Positions 1 through 8,281 of a stretch of 64,000 nt of DNA are shown here, piece by piece. This DNA is from a virus (Duplodnaviria; Caudoviricetes). Below the pieces are notes generated by a model. That model worked only from the letters and a program-made list of their open reading frames with translations, made no database searches and was not told the DNA's origin. The DNA lies in the IMG/VR virus record IMGVR_UViG_3300029305_011788, positions 1 through 64,000 of that record, one strand, 5' to 3'. Every line of letters starts with the position of its first letter. The stretch's first letter is position 1. The translations under genes and the position numbers were made by a program.

Positions 1-39
1 CGCATACCTCCTCACAGTTGATAAAGGGTTACAGTATAT

Positions 40-72
40 GAAAAAAAGAAGGGCAGAGAATCATCCCTGCCC
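40..72 (-). terminator. Intrinsic terminator after endolysin
   Basis: Minus strand GGGCAGGGATGATTCTCTGCCC followed by TTCTTTTTTT. An RBS+ATG (GAGGAGGTATG, ATG at 5) of a further gene runs off the left edge. Confidence 0.75.
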
Positions 73-82
73 CTCATGCGGA

Positions 83-1267
83 TCACGCTTTCACGAGCGT
101 ACCCTTGTAGGTGTCATCGCCAATCTTGATAGTTGCGGTCACGGTGGTGTCGGGCTTATCGGGCGCAGGCGTGGGAGTAGGTTCTGCCTTGCCCCAACCA
201 TTCAGCCCTTTGCCCTTGATGATAGTCGTGAAGTCCTTATAGCAGATATCCAGATCGACATTTCCGTTGATACCGTCAACCTTGCCCTTCTCGGAATACT
301 GCCAGATGCCGTATGCGCCGCTGTAATTGGTCTTGTCCACCCAGTGCGCCAGCCAGATCGTGTAGCGGGACTTGATGTCATCGGCAGTGTGCGTGGTGAG
401 AGAAGAAGCTGAGCCGTACAGACCGACAAAGTAACCGGCTTTCTCGACCTTTTCAAGAAATGCACGCATGATTGCGGATACCTTCTCCTTGCCGAGGTCG
501 AACTGCTTTTTTTCTTCCAGATCGAAGTACACAGGCATCTCGAACTGCTTTCCCTTGATGACCTTGAGGAACACATCCGCTTCCAGTCTTGCCTCGTCCT
601 CGTCCATCGCATAGGAGTACCAGTAAGCACCAACAGGGATACCGGCATTTTTAGCACCGGAATAGTTCTGCTCAAACTTCTCGTCCTTCTGCTTTTCGAG
701 TCTGCCGAAGCCTGCACGCAGGATCGCAAATTCGATGCCGTCAGCTTTGACCTTGTTCCAGTCGATATTGCCGTTGTGAACGCTCACATCAATCCCCTTC
801 ATATCCTCGCCTCCGAAATATTTGTAGAAATCATCTGTCACAGTGCTATTGCCATGCACTTCATCACCGTACCACTTGCCGTTCGGACGCACATCCACAT
901 GCGTGTAGATATATGCCGCAGTAATGTTGGCAATGCCTCTGAAACCGATGTCCTGTGCCTTACAGCAGACCACCTTAGAACTGATCGGCTGTCCGTCCTG
1001 CCCATAGCAGCAGATATCCGCTGCATTGCCGAGTGTGTGCTGACCAGTTCCGCTGCCGCCTACATTCTTATCATGTGCTGTGCATCTGTAACCAGAGGTC
1101 ACGATGATTTTACTGCAATTGAGGGCAGTGAACAGATTTTCGAGCTTTTCAATAAGCTCCGGATTGTTCAGCGTTTCATGTTCCTTACCGCACTTGCAGC
1201 GGAACTCGCTGATATTGAAATGCGGGGAAAGCTGTGTGGTATCGGAATACTCGTAGGTCTTACTCAT
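83..1267 (-). CDS. Endolysin: N-terminal peptidase M15-like domain + GH25 muramidase
   Basis: SGYRC...GQHTLGNAAD...HVD (M15 Zn motifs), then GIDVS..NG.IDW, AILRAG, YFDLE (GH25). Lies downstream of the holin. Confidence 0.9.
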   Translation of the reverse strand: MSKTYEYSDTTQLSPHFNISEFRCKCGKEHETLNNPELIEKLENLFTALNCSKIIVTSGYRCTAHDKNVGGSGTGQHTLGNAADICCYGQDGQPISSKVVCCKAQDIGFRGIANITAAYIYTHVDVRPNGKWYGDEVHGNSTVTDDFYKYFGGEDMKGIDVSVHNGNIDWNKVKADGIEFAILRAGFGRLEKQKDEKFEQNYSGAKNAGIPVGAYWYSYAMDEDEARLEADVFLKVIKGKQFEMPVYFDLEEKKQFDLGKEKVSAIMRAFLEKVEKAGYFVGLYGSASSLTTHTADDIKSRYTIWLAHWVDKTNYSGAYGIWQYSEKGKVDGINGNVDLDICYKDFTTIIKGKGLNGWGKAEPTPTPAPDKPDTTVTATIKIGDDTYKGTLVKA

Positions 1268-1725
1268 TTCTTATCATCCTCCATGTTATCAATCATTTCC
1301 TGAATTTCGTCATCAATATGAGATGCCCGTTTCTGAAGAACCTCGATAGCTTTCTTGATCGCTGGCGGATACGGGATGCCCATGAGACTGGTGTTCTCGA
1401 TAATCGAAAGCAGCTCGTTCACGCAGAAGCCGATACAGGTCGCATCACGGATGTAGGTCGTGCCAATGAGAATATCCATTCGGACAGCGACCACAACCAT
1501 GAGCAGGATGCAGAACTTTTTCGCAAGCCCTACCCAACCGGCTTTCGAGCTGAGTCTGCCGGTCTTACTGTGTTTCGATTTACCCATAGAAGCGGCAATT
1601 AGACCTGTCGTGAAGTCGATTGCCATGAACAGCACAAGCGTGATGAGAGCAGAATCCCATCCGCCGAGCAGTGCCGCAAAAAAGCCGCCGATCACTCCGG
1701 CGGCGGTACAGATATTTTCTTTCAT
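1264..1725 (-). CDS. Phage holin
   Basis: MKENIC start, hydrophobic helices, DFTTG..A and NELLSIIEN motifs of the toxin-secretion/phage-lysis holin type. Overlaps the endolysin start. Confidence 0.85.
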   Translation of the reverse strand: MKENICTAAGVIGGFFAALLGGWDSALITLVLFMAIDFTTGLIAASMGKSKHSKTGRLSSKAGWVGLAKKFCILLMVVVAVRMDILIGTTYIRDATCIGFCVNELLSIIENTSLMGIPYPPAIKKAIEVLQKRASHIDDEIQEMIDNMEDDKK

Positions 1726-1727
1726 AT

Positions 1728-2393
1728 TCAGACCTCCAATACTTTGATATTCCGGATATACGGATGTGTATTGTCTGTGACAGCTTTCCATGCAAGGTAA
1801 TAGTCGCCGGATGTGATGTTTCCGCAGTCAATCAGCACAGTGGCGTAATTGTCTCCCGTTTGCAGCCAGTTGAACGGAACTGTGACTGCCTGTCCTGCCG
1901 TGATCGTTTCGTGGATATATCTTGCAGTTTCCGCCGGGGACAGAGTACCTGCATTCTTCGGCACAAGCCACATTTCACCCACATCCGCAGCACCGGAGCG
2001 ATAACTGAACAGGATAGATTTTGCAGGCGTGAGTGCAACAGGTGTGACACACTGCGTATAAATGGTCGCACCCCAGTTGAAGTCCGGCTGGTTGTAATAC
2101 AGCGCATAGCCGTTCTCCTCCGAGCAGAAATTCGGATAGGATTCCGCAAAGCCCGAAAGACTGCGATAGCCGTCATTGTAGAAAGTGTAGACTTTTTCGC
2201 CGTAGTCGTGGAGCGTGTCGATGGATGCCTTGAACAGTGTGATATCCGGCTTTGTCTGCGGAATTTGCAGCACCTTCGACACAAGCGTATTCAGCTTTTC
2301 AGATTCCGATGCAGATACACCCATCGCCACAAGATTTCTTGCAAGCTGGTCACGCTGATTATCCAGCTCTGTCAGATAATTTGCAATGCTCAT
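1728..2393 (-). CDS. Hypothetical tail-associated protein
   Basis: 221-aa ORF tightly coupled between the fibre gene and the holin. Confidence 0.6.
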   Translation of the reverse strand: MSIANYLTELDNQRDQLARNLVAMGVSASESEKLNTLVSKVLQIPQTKPDITLFKASIDTLHDYGEKVYTFYNDGYRSLSGFAESYPNFCSEENGYALYYNQPDFNWGATIYTQCVTPVALTPAKSILFSYRSGAADVGEMWLVPKNAGTLSPAETARYIHETITAGQAVTVPFNWLQTGDNYATVLIDCGNITSGDYYLAWKAVTDNTHPYIRNIKVLEV

Positions 2394-3749
2394 TCAGTTC
2401 ACCTCCACGATAGCTGCCAGTGCATCCTCTACGCCAGAGAGAGCGTCCTCAACAGCGGCAAGCCTTGTATTGATTTCACTGATAGAAGTTTTCGCACCCT
2501 GCATATCATAGAGGATTTCCGTCTTAAAACGCTCAAATACACCCTCATTCACGCCCACACGCTCGTTCAGGTTCATAGCGGCAGTGTATGCCTCATTCCA
2601 TCTGCTCACATGGGACTCTGTGATGCTGTTCAGCGTTGTAAGGTTGTGATGCCAGTGCGCCTGACCGACCACAGTTGAAATGGAACCCATGTCGTCCAGC
2701 ATTTCCTGTGTAATGTTGTCAAGCACAGCCTTATTGGAATGAGAATGTGACTGTGCGGAAACCTCACTGAGACCTGTGGACAACCCGTGCAGGGCAGTGG
2801 CGGTCGATGCCTGAAATGTGGTCAGGTCACGGATATACTGCTCTGTGATGCTGTCAAGCACATCCTTGTTTTCATGCGTGTGTGCCGTATTGGAAAAGTT
2901 GTTGACGGATTCAAAGAGCGTGTGAATCTGCTCTCTTGTCCAGTCCTCAAAGGGCTGCCACTCGGCGATAGCATCGATCATTGCTTCGGTGATGCGGTCA
3001 AGCACTTCCTGATTATTATGGCGATGCTTGTACTGCTGAAGGTTCAGAATTTCCTCGTTGACCGTCTGAATGTCATAGATCGTGCTGTCCTCGAACTGCT
3101 GCAAACCCTGCAAATCTTCCAACAGAGCCGCAGTCAGGCTGTCAAGAACATCCTTGTTGGCGTGCGTATGCGCATCTTCAGCGACAGGTGCAATCTCACG
3201 CTCGATAATGGTTGTGACCTCAGTTGTCTTCGGATATTCGGACATATCCGGCGTGATGCCATCCTTGCCCTTCAGACTTTCGAGCCATTCTTCCTCTGTA
3301 CCAACATACCCATGCTCCACAGCGATCTCATACGCAGATTTGCCGTCAAGCCCGTGTTCTGCGTCCTCGATGCGTTTGAGAAGCTGTGTATACAGATCAG
3401 GAGTCGGCGGAATGGGCGGTTCTTCACCCTCAAAGCCGGATTCACGGATATTCAGTGTGACCGGAACTGTTGTCGCTCTCACAGTCGTATCCGATGCGGT
3501 ATCATAGCCGTAGATACCCATTTTTACCGCACCCACATGAAGCTCCGCAGGCAGATAACAGCTTGTACCATCTGTTCCGAGGACAATGCTGTACACCTCA
3601 TCACACTGCGAGAACTGCACGACCTTGTGAAAACGCTTCCAGTCGCCGTCAAAAGTGAATTTGAACTGTACATACTGGATCTGGTGATCCGCAAGCACCT
3701 CACGCTCCAGAATCTCGATGCTCTGGTTTTTAACAATAAACTTCCACAT
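2394..3749 (-). CDS. Tail fibre-like protein (BppU-like N-terminus, GKSAYEIA linker, five HxHxN repeats)
   Basis: GKSAYEIAVEHGYVGTEEEWLESLKG motif, repeats AHTHANK/KHRHNNQ/AHTHENK/SHSHSNK/AHWHHNL, and a coiled-coil C-terminus. Confidence 0.7.
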   Translation of the reverse strand: MWKFIVKNQSIEILEREVLADHQIQYVQFKFTFDGDWKRFHKVVQFSQCDEVYSIVLGTDGTSCYLPAELHVGAVKMGIYGYDTASDTTVRATTVPVTLNIRESGFEGEEPPIPPTPDLYTQLLKRIEDAEHGLDGKSAYEIAVEHGYVGTEEEWLESLKGKDGITPDMSEYPKTTEVTTIIEREIAPVAEDAHTHANKDVLDSLTAALLEDLQGLQQFEDSTIYDIQTVNEEILNLQQYKHRHNNQEVLDRITEAMIDAIAEWQPFEDWTREQIHTLFESVNNFSNTAHTHENKDVLDSITEQYIRDLTTFQASTATALHGLSTGLSEVSAQSHSHSNKAVLDNITQEMLDDMGSISTVVGQAHWHHNLTTLNSITESHVSRWNEAYTAAMNLNERVGVNEGVFERFKTEILYDMQGAKTSISEINTRLAAVEDALSGVEDALAAIVEVN

Positions 3750-5125
3750 TATTCCTCACCGACCTTCCACTCGTGATTTTCCTCATCCCATTCCATAAAT
3801 CCGTCAAGGCAGTTGATCCTTGTAAGACCGGAAACAGCAATGCCCTGACCGCCTTTACCGTCCCAGCTTGTACCCTTCGGGATTGCCTGCCACTGCTCAA
3901 GGCTGCCATCATAGGTGATCGTTTCAAGATTCTGACAGTAATTGAAGCAGTGTTCTCCGATTCGTGTGACGGTGTTTGCAATTGTAAAACTGTTCAGTGC
4001 TGTACAGCTTCCGAACATATACCCGCCGATCACTGAACCTTCATAGCGGACAGTTGTTAGTCTGGTACAGTCACGGCAGGCATAATTTCCAACGGTTGCA
4101 ACATTCGGCGGAATCGTGAGTGATGTGAGAGCTGCCCCCCAGAAACATCCGCCACCGATGGCAGTTACAGCCTGCGGAATCGTGATGCTTGTCAGCTTTC
4201 CGGCTGCACCCATCGTTTCATCTGCGGGCATAAATGCGGTGCTTCCGATAGAAGTTACTGTGGTAGGCAGCGATGCCGATTCAAGATTCAGACACCGGAT
4301 AAACAGATCATCACCGACACTTGTTACACCTTCTGAAATCACAACACTCTTGACATCATCATTTCTGTAGAACGGAGAACGGTTTGAACTGCCGTAGTCG
4401 TATGTGTCACCGGTACCTTTCAGCAGCACCTTGCCGTTGGAATACATAGCATAGAACACATTTTCGCCGCACTGACCGGCAGCAATAATGTCCCCGATAT
4501 CCTCAACCTCTGCTTCAAGCTGATCTACTTTATTGGTCAGTTCCTCGATGGTCTCATTGTTTTCCTGTACCTCAGCAATAAGCTGCGCCATCTGTGCCAT
4601 CAGGTCTGTGACTTTGCATTTGCCGAGAATACACTTGCAGTAGCCGCAGACATTTGCGTCCTCGCGGTAGTCATACCAGTCACGCTCCGTCAAGGATGTT
4701 GCACCCGGATTCAGACGCACAGCGTACATGAGCAGTCTCACATGATCGGCATCTTGCGGAATGGTCGGAAGCTGCGGACTCTCTGCCGGAGTGCCGGGAA
4801 AGAGCTTCAGCGTGACGCTGCGGACGGATTCTGTGGTGTCCAGATAAATCGCAATGCCGACATAGCGCGGCAGAGACTCGTCCATATAGTCGGAAAGATC
4901 AATGCTGTATCGGGCATCGTTGATGAAGTAGTGTCCGTTGATCCACGCTTTGCCGGTACCCAGAAGCACGCCGAGACCGCTGGACGCAGCCGTCAACTTG
5001 AAATTCTGCCCGTAGGTGTCAAGAATACCGTTGCAGATGATAGAGGACAGATATGAGGTGAAGTCCTCCGCTGTATAGGTGCGGTCAAGCCCCTTTGAAT
5101 TGAAAAAACCACTGTAAAAAGCCAT
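3749..5125 (-). CDS. Minor tail/baseplate protein with C-terminal BspA-type leucine-rich repeats
   Basis: N-terminus MAFYSGFFNS..DRTYTAEDF, a coiled coil, then repeats such as LTSITIPQAVTAIGGGCF and LNSFTIANTVTRIGEHCF. Confidence 0.75.
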   Translation of the reverse strand: MAFYSGFFNSKGLDRTYTAEDFTSYLSSIICNGILDTYGQNFKLTAASSGLGVLLGTGKAWINGHYFINDARYSIDLSDYMDESLPRYVGIAIYLDTTESVRSVTLKLFPGTPAESPQLPTIPQDADHVRLLMYAVRLNPGATSLTERDWYDYREDANVCGYCKCILGKCKVTDLMAQMAQLIAEVQENNETIEELTNKVDQLEAEVEDIGDIIAAGQCGENVFYAMYSNGKVLLKGTGDTYDYGSSNRSPFYRNDDVKSVVISEGVTSVGDDLFIRCLNLESASLPTTVTSIGSTAFMPADETMGAAGKLTSITIPQAVTAIGGGCFWGAALTSLTIPPNVATVGNYACRDCTRLTTVRYEGSVIGGYMFGSCTALNSFTIANTVTRIGEHCFNYCQNLETITYDGSLEQWQAIPKGTSWDGKGGQGIAVSGLTRINCLDGFMEWDEENHEWKVGEE

Positions 5126-5128
5126 AAG

Positions 5129-6241
5129 TTATCCCTCCTTGAATGTGGGCGTAAGACTGCGCCCGTTCTGGTCAAAGCCTTCAATCATGCCGACGAGCTG
5201 TATTTTCGGCTGAATCATGCCGAACCGCTTATGCTCCACAGTCACATAGTCACCGACATAATAATCACGGTTGTAGACATACTGCGAGTTGTTCGCAGCG
5301 ATCTCTGATTCCGAGGCTGTTTTCGGATCGACCAGGTTTTCCGAGCCTCTTGTCTTCAGCAGGTTGATATATTTCTCCTCTGGAATCGGAACGGTCTCGC
5401 CCTCGACCTGTTCTGTTTCGGAAATATCGTCAGCGTCCACATACAGCTCATAGCGATCAAGATAGGTCGGTTCTATGTCGATGAAGAATGTGGTGCGTTT
5501 GCGCTCCTCACCCTTGCCCTGACCGAAGATATATGCGAAATTGCGCTGCACAGAAGCATCGGCGGCATAGCTGAAGGACAGCAGATTGCTGTATGCGTCC
5601 GAGAAAATGATGTGGGGATTATCTTCCTGCATCAGACTTCTGTCCTCTCCCTGTACAAGATCAAACACCATGCGGTACTGCTCACCGGAATCTTTTACAA
5701 GCCGGATATTCGCAGTGCCGCCGATTTTCTCACAAATCGTATACACCCATTCCATCAGATTGGCATAGGATATTTGTAGTGTTGTGGTCTGCTCCCAACA
5801 GGTGCCAGATACAGTGCCGAGGGAAAGCCCCGGAATTTTCCGACTGTCAGATAATAATGTGTTCTGCGTGACAACCTCATGCACAATTTCTGAATACGCC
5901 TTTTCTGCGGTCACATTGTAGGTCGGATGAATGATGCGACGTTCCAGCAGACACATGAGGAATCTGCCTTTGACCGTCAGATAGTCGCCGTTTTCGACAT
6001 CTGTATTGATGAGAACGGATTCGATAATGCCGAAATGCTGACTGTCATCATCTCTGCCGACAATGCGCCCCGGCTGGAAGATGTCCACATTCTGCGGATT
6101 GGCGGCGATATACACTTCAAAGCTGCCGCATTTGTAGTATTCGATGTCCCACAACAGACTTGAAAATGTGTCGCATATCGCTTCAAGCGTGATCGTGAGG
6201 GTATCGTTCTCCGCTGTCATCTTGTAAACTTCAATCTGCAA
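5129..6241 (-). CDS. Siphovirus tail (Tal/hub-like, ReqiPepy6 gp37-like) protein
   Basis: Follows Dit; SLLWDIEYYKCGSFE and YVGDYVTV motifs. Confidence 0.7.
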   Translation of the reverse strand: MQIEVYKMTAENDTLTITLEAICDTFSSLLWDIEYYKCGSFEVYIAANPQNVDIFQPGRIVGRDDDSQHFGIIESVLINTDVENGDYLTVKGRFLMCLLERRIIHPTYNVTAEKAYSEIVHEVVTQNTLLSDSRKIPGLSLGTVSGTCWEQTTTLQISYANLMEWVYTICEKIGGTANIRLVKDSGEQYRMVFDLVQGEDRSLMQEDNPHIIFSDAYSNLLSFSYAADASVQRNFAYIFGQGKGEERKRTTFFIDIEPTYLDRYELYVDADDISETEQVEGETVPIPEEKYINLLKTRGSENLVDPKTASESEIAANNSQYVYNRDYYVGDYVTVEHKRFGMIQPKIQLVGMIEGFDQNGRSLTPTFKEG

Positions 6242-6243
6242 AA

Positions 6244-7101
6244 CTACACCCCCAGATACGCATTGGTGTGAATGATCTTCACACGCAGTTTTGTCAGTCC
6301 TGTGCCACGAAGATAAAAGCGGTTCTTGCCCTCACGCAGCGTCAGCCAAGTTGAGCCGGAAACAAGGCGGTTGATGATATTTGTCTTGACACCGCCCCTG
6401 TCGAGCGTTACCGTTTTGTTTCCTGTTTTGGTAGTAATCGTCACAATATCTCCTGCAAGAAGGTCGCCTGTGATCTGCAAGTATTCATCGGTGTCGGCAT
6501 TATACAGTGTCGGAGAACGGACATCTTCGAGGGCTTCAATTTCGAGCGTGAAGCCTGTCTCATCGCCGTCATTGATGATTTCCATGATATTCTGTGTGTT
6601 ATACTTGCCGAGGATAAAAGGCTCTGGATTGCTTTCTGTCGGGAACGGGAATGTGAATGCACCTGTGATCTGAGAATAATATGCCATGACAGATTCCGTG
6701 GAATACCAGTAGATGTCAGGACACAGAATAGAAATCTGCCCGGTTGTGAGCATCTCAAAATTCTGTACCTCGCAGGTTTCCACATAGCCGGTAGTAAAAA
6801 CATCGATGCCTGCGGTCTTGTAATAGACCTTGATAAATCGGCTCGGTTTCACCACCTTGTAGAGCTGATGCCGGCGCTTTTCTACACCGATTCCGCGCAT
6901 CTCAAAGGAAATGACCACATTCCGCTTCTCGATGAAGGCGTTGTTCAAATAGCTGCCGTCCATGCCTGCGTAGGAGGAGGTGCTGATCGTGCCGGGCGGC
7001 GGGGAAAGTCCTTCGATCTTTGAGGTCATATACTGGTTTGCTGTTGCCGTCATGTCGATCTGGTCTCCGGCTTCATTTTCTAAGATTAAGCTGAAAAACA
7101 T
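6244..7101 (-). CDS. Distal tail protein (Dit)
   Basis: First late gene after the tape measure; IEGLSPP...DGSYL..A.IEKRNVVI; C-terminal LREGKNRF. Confidence 0.8.
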   Translation of the reverse strand: MFFSLILENEAGDQIDMTATANQYMTSKIEGLSPPPGTISTSSYAGMDGSYLNNAFIEKRNVVISFEMRGIGVEKRRHQLYKVVKPSRFIKVYYKTAGIDVFTTGYVETCEVQNFEMLTTGQISILCPDIYWYSTESVMAYYSQITGAFTFPFPTESNPEPFILGKYNTQNIMEIINDGDETGFTLEIEALEDVRSPTLYNADTDEYLQITGDLLAGDIVTITTKTGNKTVTLDRGGVKTNIINRLVSGSTWLTLREGKNRFYLRGTGLTKLRVKIIHTNAYLGV

Positions 7102-7116
7102 AGCATCGCCTCCTTG

Positions 7117-7145
7117 CTTTTTCTATAGGATTGATGTATAATAAA
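7117..7145 (+). promoter_or_regulatory. Sigma-A promoter for the plus-strand moron
   Basis: TTGCTT-17 bp-TATAAT with an extended TG. Confidence 0.65.
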
Positions 7146-7164
7146 GAAAATATGTAAAAGGAAG

Positions 7165-7782
7165 ATGATTATGGGTGATGCATTTAAGTATCCGGCTATT
7201 CCGCCATGTCAGTTAAATGAGAATAGTCCTATCATTGGAGCTAATGGTAAACAGATATCCACCCTGACTGATTATTGGAAATGGGCGCATTCTGATTTGC
7301 TTGGTAACACTGAGCGTGGGATACTCGCTGAATACTTGGTTAAACTTGCTTTGGAAATTTCTGGTAACCGTCTTTCATGGGATAAATATGATTTGCTTTA
7401 TAAAGATCATATCAGAATTGAGGTTAAATCCTCTGCTTATATTCAGACATGGTCTCAAAAGGAACTCTCTGCAATATCTTTTAGCATTAGACCTTCTTTC
7501 GGTTGGAATGCCAATACCAATTCGTATGAAGATACTCAAAAGCGGCAATCAGATATTTATATATTCTGCCTCTTGACCAGCAAGGAGCAAGAAACGATTC
7601 AGCCAACGGATACATCACAGTGGGAGTTTTACATTTTGCCGACAAGAGTGTTGGATGAGCATAAGCCATCAGCGAAATCAATCTCACTGTCCGCATTGAC
7701 GAAACTCCCTGTTCGGAAATGCAGATTTGAAGAATTAAGACAGAATCTTGATGAAATGATAGAAGTAAGTTTAGGTGAATAG
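7165..7782 (+). CDS. Moron protein, probable PD-(D/E)XK nuclease fold
   Basis: AT-rich and opposite to the late genes; GILAEYLV...WDKYD...IEVKSS fits an E..D..EVK active-site pattern. Confidence 0.55.
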   Translation: MIMGDAFKYPAIPPCQLNENSPIIGANGKQISTLTDYWKWAHSDLLGNTERGILAEYLVKLALEISGNRLSWDKYDLLYKDHIRIEVKSSAYIQTWSQKELSAISFSIRPSFGWNANTNSYEDTQKRQSDIYIFCLLTSKEQETIQPTDTSQWEFYILPTRVLDEHKPSAKSISLSALTKLPVRKCRFEELRQNLDEMIEVSLGE

Positions 7783-7783
7783 A

Positions 7784-8248
7784 ATGGATAGATCATCAAA
7801 AATAGAACTCACAAATATGTGCCTGATTTATGATGACAAGCGTGTGCTTGTACAGGAAAAACAAGGTTTGAAAGAAAAGTATAAAGGCGGCCTTGTTTTT
7901 CCGGGCGGTCATGTTGAACCCGATGAATCACTGCTCGATTCCGTTATCCGTGAGATGAAGGAAGAAACAGGACTCACCATCCACAATCCGCAGCCGTGTG
8001 GCTTTAAGGATTGGATATTAGAGGATGGAACACGGTATATTGTTCTGTTATATAAAACGGATCAGTTTGAAGGAGAACTAAAAAGCTCCGAGGAAGGCAG
8101 AGTATTCTGGCTTGACAGAGATGAGATTGACAGTGCAAACCTGATCTGGAATATGCGTGAACTAATGCAAATATTTGAAACAGATAGTTTCAGCGAATTC
8201 TTTTTCAAAATACAGAATGGTACTTATGAAGGTCAGCTATTAGGATGA
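7784..8248 (+). CDS. NUDIX hydrolase (MutT-like)
   Basis: Nudix box GGHVEPDESLLDSVIREMKEETGL. Confidence 0.9.
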   Translation: MDRSSKIELTNMCLIYDDKRVLVQEKQGLKEKYKGGLVFPGGHVEPDESLLDSVIREMKEETGLTIHNPQPCGFKDWILEDGTRYIVLLYKTDQFEGELKSSEEGRVFWLDRDEIDSANLIWNMRELMQIFETDSFSEFFFKIQNGTYEGQLLG

Positions 8249-8281
8249 AATAAGTATAAGGGCAGGATTTCTCCCACCCCA

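Noticed and set aside
1728-5125. Diversity-generating retroelement targeting tail genes
   Set aside because: No reverse transcriptase and no TR/VR pair differing at adenines was seen in the window. One beyond the left edge cannot be excluded.
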